A stretch of DNA of 40,236 bases, taken from NCBI GenBank assembly GCA_051453625.1, contig JBOZIK010000001.1, forward strand, positions 14,463,910 to 14,504,145. Direction: 5' to 3'. How positions within the stretch are numbered: the first letter of the stretch is position 1; every line of letters begins with the position of its first letter. The notes under the pieces were generated by a model that had not been told where the DNA came from, did no database searches, and was given only the letters and a program-made list of their open reading frames with translations. The position numbers and the translations under genes were made by a program. The stretch comes from Welwitschia mirabilis. Taxonomy: Eukaryota. Shown here in pieces: positions 12,369 to 21,741 of the stretch.

Positions 12369-13044
12369 CTATGAACAATTGACCGGTAAACTTTAATCAT
12401 CTCTTTTAACATTTTTCTCGATAACATAATCTAAACGTTCCTTAAAATATTTGGAAAAAAACAAAGGGTTTTATGTAATGCATAACAAAGTGGTATGCCA
12501 GATGGTCAAACCAATCAGATGAACATGCACATTTCAAAACAATGCCAATAATTTCAAAGTAGTAAAAACGTTTAGTTGTTCAGAAGCATGCATATTTTCC
12601 AAATGTCATATTCCAATCACCATTTACAATTTTGGATGGGTCCATAGTTTTATGGCCATTAGACCTTTCAACAGAGTAACTGTGATCTCTCAAAATAGCC
12701 TTTTCATCTATTTTTTATAAAATCAAATATTAGTTATATTCCAGTAGGACATTTGCATTGCAATCCTCAAGAAAATTCTGAACGAATTTGGGTTCCAAAA
12801 AATAACAAATTACATCAATCATATATAATTGACATTTTTTGGGCTACAAAATGGAGGCATGTTTTCTTGCTTAGAGTTGAAGGCAAATAAAGTATGTAAA
12901 CTCAGCACCTCTGAAAATGCTTGCTTATATCTCCAAAGCCACAAGACTAAAAAAATAGATAAGCTTAACCATTTGCTCTGTTTTGCGGCAATTCAATCGA
13001 CCATGCATTGGCGAGTTGCATTAAAATTTCATCAGCAGTGTTAC

Positions 13045-13165
13045 CTTCCCAATCTTCTGGCAGTTCCATATTAGAGGATTCATGAAGACTAAACAAAAGC
13101 TTCTTCTTTGTTTCTAATGGAAGAACCAAACAGTCTGGGCTGTTATCAACAATCATATCTACAAC
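13045..13165 (-). CDS. Candidate internal exon (121 nt) of an unidentified spliced gene
   Basis: Strong acceptor TTCTTTTTTCTCTCAG|GT and donor GAAG|GTAAC. Open frame VVDMIVDNSPDCLVLPLETKKKLLFSLHESSNMELPEDWE. Confidence 0.6.
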
Positions 13166-13610
13166 CTGAGAGAAAAAAGAAAGCATTTACATTCTCAAAA
13201 ATATTGGAGATGTGGATACATTAAATGCAATCTTTTACTTGTCTCACAATTCATAAGGCACAATTCTCTGCTGGAGAGGGATATTTTGCTTCAATACTAA
13301 AAAAAGATTTTTCACGTGGTGGACTCCCGTTTAAAAAGTTGTTCAAAACTAGACAGTAACGATATAATGATTATTATGCATATGATTTTGTATCGACCCA
13401 ACAGTTTCAAAATAAGAAGTAAGTCTACCCTCTGAATCGGTTCACAAATATTTTTGTCTATGTATTGAAGACAATCTTGATCTTCCCATGTACAAAATGC
13501 CAAGATGTTGGTAACCAGAAACCCACAGGAGGAGGATGGACATGGATTGTTAAAACTTTTGCAAACTTTTGAAAGATTCTCAACTAATGGAACCAGAAAA
13601 TTGCACCTAC

Positions 13611-13622
13611 CAAAATCCCCAG
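13611..13622 (-). CDS. Candidate 12-nt micro-exon (LGIL)
   Basis: CTCTGATCTGTGCAG|CTGGGGATTTTG|GTAGGT; phase 0-0, compatible with both neighbours. Confidence 0.35.
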
Positions 13623-14477
13623 CTGCACAGATCAGAGATGGTTTTCAGTAGCTACTTGCAAGACCTCACACACACTGAGGTTTGGAAGTGTGCACAACTA
13701 AATACTATATATGAAATGAATGATTGATGTGATGCACAGCTACATAAGAAATATGTATACTAAACCAAAGGAATTCAAGGAGAATCGACATTCAACAGAC
13801 AATTAAAGCAACATAATGGATCACTGAGATGCAGTATGAATGTTGAAAAGTTAGATGAAACAATAAGCAAAGTAATAGCTATTTTGCAGTGCAAATGCAA
13901 ATATATGTTTAGTATTAAATGGTATCTGTGACACAAAAGATCAAGAAATAGAAGGATACATGTCTAGTGAACGGTATATTTATAGACAGATCACAGATCT
14001 GCACAAATAATGTAAAAGAAACAATACAGTGCAAGACTTTACTGTCCAATACAGAGAATCGATATGGCAATGTGAAGCCTCCAGAGAGACTCCAGCTCTA
14101 ACAAGGATGATAAATTGATGAACAATGGTGTACATGCCATCAGTTTTTCATGAATGTGGAGTGCTACTAACCATGTGCTGTAGAGGAGATAAACCAATGG
14201 CTAGCACTGATGATATAATCAACACTGTTATTTGAAGCCAGGAATGATAGTGAAAAACAAAAATAAAAAGAAAATGAATATCAGTCTGGTTTATATCAGT
14301 GAGAAGGTTATAAGAAAATGGCGGCAAAATGCTAGAATATATGATGGACACATAATTTTTATTTTGAAAGTAAGAATTGAAGACAAATGTGATGAACCAA
14401 GAATAGTAAAATCTGAAAGTCTGATAAAATCAACCAACAAAAGTTAATGTCAAATCTATGAACAATGGGTCTCTTAC

Positions 14478-14523
14478 GCAGAATTCAGCCACGTATGGTA
14501 GTAGTCTTGTGAATGCTATCTTT
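14478..14523 (-). CDS. Candidate internal exon (46 nt)
   Basis: CACTTTAG|A...TTCTGC|GTAAGA; reads xKIAFTRLLPYVAEFC and ends in phase 0. Confidence 0.45.
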
Positions 14524-14554
14524 CTAAAGTGTGCTCAAGCAGAGTGATGAAAAC

Positions 14555-15080
14555 AACTAGTGCACCATTATCATCATCAATTTTATTCCCCCTTTTATAT
14601 TTATCAATCAATATAAAGATGGTTCCTTCAAGTGAACATGTGACCTCCGTCAATGTGAAGACTGCATTATCGTACCTAGCTAGAAGACTGTTGAGAAGAA
14701 TTGCTTTCGCATCATCACTTTAGCATAAGCTGTTATGGGTTTCGTCAACAATGGACTAAATAATTTATATGTTCATTCATTCTCTTGCCTTCAGTTCAAT
14801 TTTTTGCCAAAGAAATTCATGCTTCAAATTGATTTTTACCTCACCTCCAGCCATTCTAAATGATTTGCTTAATGAATTCCAAATTTGCCTCTGATGATTT
14901 TGTTATCGCTCCAATGGAAATAAATATCTTCTGGACCAAGTCCCTGCCTTACATTCTTTAGGCTCTGTAGATATTCCTTTGAAAATTTGACCATAATCTG
15001 TTCTTGATCAAAATAAGTTGCATCTTGGCTTGCCATGTGTAAAACTTTTGCTGACTAAATTTCTGAATTTCTTTACTCAT
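14555..15080 (-). pseudogene. gag: Ty1/copia gag remnant
   Basis: MSKEIQKFSQQKFYTWQAKMQLILIKNRLWS (copia gag N-terminal pattern), then IWNSLSKSF, then DDAKAILLNSLLARYDNAVFTL (UBN2-like). Frameshifts and stops are present. Confidence 0.75.
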
Positions 15081-15730
15081 TTTCTCTCTCTTTTTTCGAC
15101 CTTTAATTATGATCAAAATGCAGAAAAGATTAAGAGTTCTGGCAGCCCCCCTTAATCTTGTATCCCTCCTAGCTTTCATCCCACAAAAATATTATTATGA
15201 TTTTACTACATCAATAAATAGAAAAGAAGAAAGGGTTAGAGCAGCGGGCAGAGGGGCATACTGTATAGGTAGCAGCAGGAGCTCGCTTTCATCGACAGCA
15301 TAACCGCCCTTTGATTACCCCTATTCGTTTCTCTCTCTGCAGTGACCATAACGGAGATTAAAACCTTCAATTTTGCCTTACTAGAGCGCACCAATCAACT
15401 TACGGCCTCTTCCATTTGAACTACTACTAACCACTCCACACCTTCTCCCTTTTGCACTGTGGTTGTCATGGCTTTTCCAACAGTTGAAGAAAGACGTGAA
15501 GTTTAGAAAATCGAGGAAAATATAAAAGGGAAAGGGAAATCATAGAGTTCAAAGTGCTCTCTAAACTCACTGGTTCTAGCAAATTGGACGAAACACAGGA
15601 AACAAAGGTAACTGTTTCTCAAGTGCGTTCTGCTACAGAGGAACCATGGAGGAGACTTAACGCTAGAACGTTAGGGTACGATAGACATCGTCCTTGGACT
15701 TTTAATATCTGTGATTTTCAATCTCTTTAC

Positions 15731-15772
15731 TTGCACATAGATCGCAATGTTGAAGGGAGAATCGTTATGGAT
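15731..15772 (-). CDS. Candidate internal exon (42 nt)
   Basis: GTTTCTCCTGCTGCAG|ATCC...GTGCAA|GTAAAG. Open as IHNDSPFNIAIYVQ (phase 0) or SITILPSTLRSMC (phase 2, which fits the 14478-14523 exon). Confidence 0.35.
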
Positions 15773-16069
15773 CTGCAGCAGGAGAAACAGCTTTATATTG
15801 TGTTAAATGGCAGATTGCCCTAGCTGGAGCTGATTCAAGGTTCACTGTGGAGATCCCAGATGCACACAGAAGAGCCTGAATAAAACTTGAATGAGTCGCT
15901 CAAAGTGAGCAGCAGAACTCATCATGTGAAACGTATGAGCAGAAAGGAAGAGAGATTATTTCGTAGAAGTGCCTTTCTGAAATGTAGAGTAACGAGCACG
16001 AAAAATCTGGTTACTGAAGTTTTGCAGGATTGAGGGACTGCGGTGAAGCAGCAATTCCACACGTAAAAA

Positions 16070-16325
16070 TTTGATACCAAATGTTAAACCCTCATGGGTG
16101 CGGAAAAAGAGTTTGTACGCAACAATGGAGCAAAAATAATTTGACTGTTAGTAATTGAATTTACACAAATCATAACACGTCGATGATTTGAGGATTGCAT
16201 CTTCATTTTCCTAAGAATTTGGTGACTCAAATCCCTAATTCAAATGCATCATTCATTTATTAAATTGGCGCCTTAACCATATCCATCGGCACAATTATTT
16301 GGAATATAAAACAATAACTAAACAC
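16070..16325 (-). mobile_element. Possible tRNA-iMet PBS plus short LTR remnant, perhaps belonging to the 14555-15080 gag
   Basis: The minus strand reads ...GGTTTAACA-TT-TGGTATCAAA (PBS 16079-16070). The LTR outer boundary is a guess. Confidence 0.35.
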
Positions 16326-17023
16326 AAGTCTTCATAGCTGTACTGTGTTTTCGAAAGAATGGTGTCGTACATGTATTTCCCAAAGGCTTGACTTGTGAAT
16401 AATGTGCACAAAATTTTATTCTTTCTACTTCACCTGTCTGCCCGTCAAAACTAATTTCTGTTATATTTACTGTCGTCTCTCTTCTCTGTTGTTCGTCGCT
16501 TTAAGCAATCATGTTTTAACCTTTATTTTTAGGATTTATATTCTTATCAACAAATCTCGTAGCTTCTGCCACTGGAAATTCACAAGGTCTCTAGAGTTAA
16601 TTCTTCTTCCCCTTCTCGTTCGGATCTTTTTCCACTGGATCTAAGATTGCAGTGATTCCAAGTTTCTGAAGAATTTCCAGTTCCAGCTCCCATCTTGGGC
16701 TTGAGCATTTCCCCTGCATTAAGTTACAAATCTCAAAATGACATTTACTATGCTCAAAATTATTCCTCCTTTTTCTTTTATAGTCCCTTCAAAAAGACCA
16801 CCAAGCAACTGAATCATCAGGAAGTTTTAATAATATATGGTCTTATTTGGATACGAATGCAAAGGATTAATCTTTTGTGTCTCTGCAATGCTAAGTGCAT
16901 TGACTACGACTTTGGCCATGAAAGTTGTAAAGGCTTTGTTTCGAGAAGCCACGCACGCTGCTATGCATTACTTTGTTGCTGGCGCAGAACTTCTCCCAAT
17001 TGATTTGGGCAGTGTAAACTTAC

Positions 17024-17772
17024 ATCTTCATGCACATAGGGCCAATCTTTTGCATCTTCTATATAGTCAACAATTTCATTCTAAAAATTTCAAATGGCTT
17101 AAGAGACAATTCTAGTGTAAGTGCCTTCCAATAATAGCCGCCTTCTATTGTCAATATCATGGTCTTGTCTCTGTATGTGGAGAGCAGAAACCTGATATAG
17201 TCTTTGTTAAGTTACAGATTTTTGTAGCATGCATAACAGTATAGCCAAAATTTTTCACAGAAATTTGATTGTCAGGAATAGTATCCACAACATTAGTACA
17301 TATGACACAATGAGCAGTGAAAGAAAACTTAGGTAAGGGTTCCATTTCAGCGAAAACATTCTTCATGGGAATTTTGGTTTCCCTCTTGTCTATATGCTGC
17401 ACTTCTACAAGAGCAGGTTCTTTTCCTTTTCTCCTATAGGATAACATCATGAACCAGAGAAGATAAAACAAGAGCATAAGAATGACCAGAAAAGCCATTT
17501 TTGAATGCAACTTAAATGGAAGCAGTGAGAAGACACAACATACGGCTCTTGAATACACTCGCATGCTCTTGTAGATGTCAGTCCCTTTTCAAGCATTCAA
17601 GTGATAAAAATGAGCATTGTGGTGGTAGTTTACAGATTTTTTACCAGAGGTGGGTGAAAACCTCATTAAATGCAAATATTCTCATGTCTTTGCTAAAGAA
17701 CGTTCTAGATTTTTCTAGTCTAAGCAACAATTGTGTCAAAGTGTTTGGGGGATTGAAATGCAGAGAAGACAT
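17024..17772 (-). pseudogene. Two candidate exons (17645-17772 and 17024-17433) of an unidentified gene; the second is frame-disrupted
   Basis: ATG at 17772 gives MSSLHFNPP...FNEVFTHL, then TG|GTAAAA and a pyrimidine-rich intron ending CCTATAG|G. Splicing restores W-RKGKEPALVEVQ...KFSFTAHCVICTNVVD in frame. Distal donor GAAGAT|GTAAGT at 17023. Confidence 0.45.
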
Positions 17773-18823
17773 TATATAATTCTTATGATTATCAGTCTTT
17801 TGTATTGTTTTACAGTGCGGTTCTGAGATAAAGCTTAAGTACATTGAAATGCTTACAAATCTATCAAACAGAAGCCATAGGAAAGTAACCATAGGAAACA
17901 TTCAGATTATCCTACTCCATTGGCTATTTGACACCTTATGGCTCTATTCAGTTTTGCAAGTCTTCTCTTATGCTTATCAGAAGATCCTCAGTCAAACTTT
18001 TCAACTTCCCTCTCTCTCAATTCAATACATCATGCATTGTGAACTCTTTCATGAGCTTCTGAACTAGTTCTTGAAACTTATTATTGCACTTTGGGTCTAA
18101 AGAGTCCTGTGCACTGTTCACAGGACTGTTGTTTAGGCTTCATGTGATTTCTAACTGGTAGTTCCACAGACAATACACTAATTTTGTCTTTCTACAGTTC
18201 CCTACTGCAGAAGATCCAGTTTGGGATTTTCCTTGCTTCATGATTTCTGTAACTTGTAGTGATTAGAGGCTGAAGAATGCACAAGGATTATCTGGATGCC
18301 TGACTGTTTCCTTCGTGTCTTGTTCTCATAGTTTCAGCCACAGGTACATAGCTTTTCACATCTTTCAATTTGATTTGTGTTGCTTACGCATTTCCTTTGC
18401 ATATGTTTATTCATCAATTTTATTTCTCCTCATGTTGCTTTTCTGCATTCTTGATTTTTTTCTAGATTCCTTTCTTGAGTTTCTATTACTAGACTGATAC
18501 CATGTCACTATTTTGTTAAGTTTTAAAAATTAGGGACTTCACTCTAATCTTTGTTTCACACTCCAAAGACTTCATCTTTGAATGTCAATTTATACGACCA
18601 TACCTTTCATGTGCAGTCATTAATAAAACTAGCAAAATATAGAACAAAGGACCACAAACATCATAATAAACCAGTTTCAATTTATTTTTCTAAGTCTCTT
18701 CAAAAATTAATTCTTTTGGACTTACAAGATAGTCCTTGCAGAAACTGTTAGGTATGCGCTACACATGCCCAGCCTGACAAGTAAGTAAATATGAAGGATT
18801 CTAGGTTTCACTTAAGTCATCAC

Positions 18824-18999
18824 TTTTGGCATCACTGTAATGGGCCCCACAATTAGTATGAAAGCCATGGTTTTGGCTTGAATTTGAATTCGAATCTCCT
18901 CAGTGCCTTTCCAGTTCATGTTAAGCACTCGGCATGTAGATCAAGGTGAAGATTGTTGGCATGCACTCCCCACGCCCAGCTTGATGAATGGGCCCAACA
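18824..18999 (+). mobile_element. TRIM-like miniature unit: mini-LTR, PBS, ~100-bp internal segment, PPT, mini-LTR
   Basis: TTTTGGCATCACTGTAATGGGCCCCACA (18824-18851), AT, decayed PBS TAGTATGAAAGCC (18854-18866), PPT-like AAGGTGAAGAT (18943-18953), then TGTTGGCATGCACT...GAATGGGCCCAACA (18954-18999, 6-bp inverted termini). Confidence 0.6.
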
Positions 19000-19001
19000 A
19001 C

Positions 19002-19014
19002 TGGTATTAGAGCC
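19002..19014 (+). other. tRNA-iMet primer-binding site
   Basis: CCAACA-AC-TGGTATTAGAGCC, one mismatch to TGGTATCAGAGCC. Confidence 0.85.
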
Positions 19015-19373
19015 TTAGTTTGAGATCTTGGAGCTTTTCTTGAAATTTCGAGTAAAGCTTGTGAATGGAGCGAATAAAGCGAGCAAACTGAACAAGCAAA
19101 CAAATCACATTGTGCTTGTAGCTACAGAGCAAGCGTAGTGAGTGAAGCAACAAAAGCCTAAGCGAACTTTGCAAGTGGAGCAAGCAAACAGAGTAAAGCA
19201 AAGCGAGGGGCAGTTTTTTCAAATCCATCCATATAGTTTGTACGGTCCATACAGTATCTAGCATCTAGCATCCAGATAGTTCACATTGTATCGCATTTAG
19301 CGTCCGTATGTTTTCTATGGTTTTGTATAAATCGCATCTTATTTTTTAGCTTTCAGAACTGGAACGCTTATCG

Positions 19374-20582
19374 ATGACAGATAGATTGGTCAAAGTTAAA
19401 AACCAGGGAGGATGTTCTCTATTCAAAGGATTGAATTATTATTCCGAAATCGAAGGATAAAGTGAAAGTGGCTTCTAGATTGCCAGATGCTTATTGGCTA
19501 AGGAAATACCCTGATGAAGAATGGGAAAGACTCAATCAAAAAGCTCCAAGTACAATACACCAATGTCTTGGCAACGGTATCCTTCAAACATACAAGGGAA
19601 TCACCGAAGCGTGTATCTTATGGGAAATGCTAAATGAAAGGTATAACCAGCCCACTAGAATGAACAAATATTATACAATTAACAAGGTTTTCAAAATCAA
19701 AATGAAAGAAGGAATGTCTTTACAAAGTCATTTAGATGAAATGAATCAAAGTCATTTGGATGAAATGAATGGCTTATTTAGTCAGATCGATGATTTGGAT
19801 ATTTCGAAGAAGATCTTCGAGTTGTTGCTATTTTGAGTTGTTTACTAGATTTATGGGAAATAGTTTGGACTAGGTTGACTACAACTTCCAAATCTTTACT
19901 GTCTCTTAATACCGTCATTTCAAAATTGTTGAACACGATAAGACGAAAGCTATAATTGCCTCCAAGGAAGCATTGGCTGGCAAAAAAGGTCATTTACACA
20001 AAAGGGAGGATGTCCATGGACGTAGCAAGAGCAGAAGTAAATCCATTGACAAAAGCAAAGTCATTTGTTGGTATTCTAAGAAGATCATCTACACAAAAAT
20101 TATTATGCCTTGAAAAATAAGAAGAAAGGCAAGAGACCTAAGAAGAGTGGACAAAAGCAAACAGAATCCAATGGGGATGTTTTAGTCATTCTGATTGCTA
20201 GAGATGGAGATGCCAATGTCTCCACATACTCTATTCTGAATATATTAATTCTAGATTTAGAAGCTTCTTTTTATGTCTGCCCACACAGAGAGTATTTTTC
20301 TAATTACAGGTCAATTTTTAGAAGAGAAGTTTTCCTGGGAGATGATAGATTATGCACTATTGAAGGAATCGAAGTTGTTATTCTAAAAACATAGTAATGG
20401 ATAGAATGTGATGTTGAGGAACATTTACCAAGGTTCTTGTATTGTAAAGAATTTGATCTCTTGTGGACACTTGGATGATTTGGGGTGTAGGATTACAAAC
20501 ACTGATGGAAGCTGGAAAGTCAGCAAAGAGGCAATGACACTAATGCATGGAAATAAAGAAGGGACATTGTATACATTGAGAG
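19374..20582 (+). pseudogene. gag-pol: Copia gag-protease remnant (host element, 5' part)
   Basis: DEEWERLNQKAPSTIHQCL..LWEMLNERY..KMKEGMSLQSHLDEMN (UBN2-like gag); ILDLEASFYVCPHREYF (decayed DSGAS protease); KNLISCGHLDDLG; GTLYTL. Confidence 0.9.
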
Positions 20583-21663
20583 TGTTGGTGAAATAAGTTT
20601 CAATGATAACTAGTTCTCCAAAGTGATCAATCTAGATCACCTACCAAGTAATCAAGATATGAAATGAAACCAAAAAGGTTCCTGCAAACTTGTGGAGGCC
20701 ATTGGAGTGAAGCAAAGAAATCAAATCTAAACACTCAGAGAAATCTAAAGGTCCAAGAAACCAGGACATGTGGCTCCAGAATTCGGGACGTCCGGCCTTG
20801 AGGTTGGTCTATAAGTATGGGGACATCTGCCTTGAGAAATTGGGACGTCCAGACCTAAGTTCAATATGGTGATATGGGAACATCTACCCTATGGAACCAA
20901 AACATCTAGGATGACTCTCAGTTTTGATAGAAACTAGGAATTAAATTTGGGACATCCGAGTTTTTAGAGTGGGACATCCTATCAGGCGAACATTAGAGCA
21001 GAAAGTTAAACCTAGTGAACATTCAATTACGCAAACCAAAGTACAAATAGCTCAAATATTCTTTTGGCACTCTAATCAAGCTTCAAGGCAGATAGTACGA
21101 GATGAGATTCAAATGACTATATTTCAATTGTGTTCCTTTAGAAGTCACTATCAAAAGTACAGATGGCTTTTGTATTCTTATAAACTAGACTATTTTTGAA
21201 AAAAGTGATTACTCTACTGTAACAGAATGAGACATTCTTTCTATACTAAGCTATTGTGGTAATGTTCAGTGTGTGATATGGCACACATGTTATCAGAATC
21301 TTCTTATACTACTTTGTTGTATGCTTGTGGTTGAGCGAGTCTATTAAGTCCCTTGGCAAAAAGACATTGTAAGAAGTTGGTAACCCTTGAGATAAGGGTG
21401 TTGTAAGGCTACTTAAAAAGACTAAGGGAACTAGTAGGTTGAAAGTTGTTACTGCCCCTTTAGAGTGGTGTAGGCGTACAGCCAAATCACTATAAAAAAT
21501 CATGCATTGCTTTGTTTGTTTTCTGCATTTTAATTGGTTTAGTCTGCACATCTTTTATTCAATTCCATCTTATTCTAGTCTCATCAATCTTAATTCATAA
21601 GTGGTTAAAAAATTCTTTACACCCTATTCACCCCTCCTCTTGGGTGCCATTGTGATCCTAATA
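20583..21663 (+). repeat. 5' LTR of the SIRE-like element
   Basis: TGTTGGTGAAATAAG...GATCCTAATA; ~80-85% identical by eye to 30517-31583. Confidence 0.92.
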
Positions 21664-21665
21664 AT

Positions 21666-21678
21666 TGGTATCAAAGCC
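21666..21678 (+). other. tRNA-iMet primer-binding site
   Basis: TGGTATCAAAGCC, 2 nt after the LTR end. Confidence 0.9.
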
Positions 21679-21741
21679 TGGTTGCTCTAGATCTATTTCT
21701 TTTGGTTGTTTATTTTTTTGTGTTTAATAGGTCTAGACGAT

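Noticed and set aside
16837..17115. 92-aa plus-strand ORF
   Set aside because: No recognisable domain, and it overlaps better-supported minus-strand splice signals.
18494..18504. Minus-strand CA-TGGTATCAG PBS-like match
   Set aside because: Only 9 nt, with no LTR partner or retroelement coding sequence identified next to it.
19065..19305. GAGC(A/G)AGC-like and GCATC(T/C)A short repeats in the Copia 5' leader
   Set aside because: Low-complexity reiterations are common in copia leaders and no discrete unit could be defined.
20760..20982. Regularly spaced short repeats as a CRISPR-like array (also 1160-1262 and the GATCC arrays)
   Set aside because: Repeats are short, degenerate and inside plant TE termini. 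Spacing is irregular, there are no cas genes and the context is eukaryotic.
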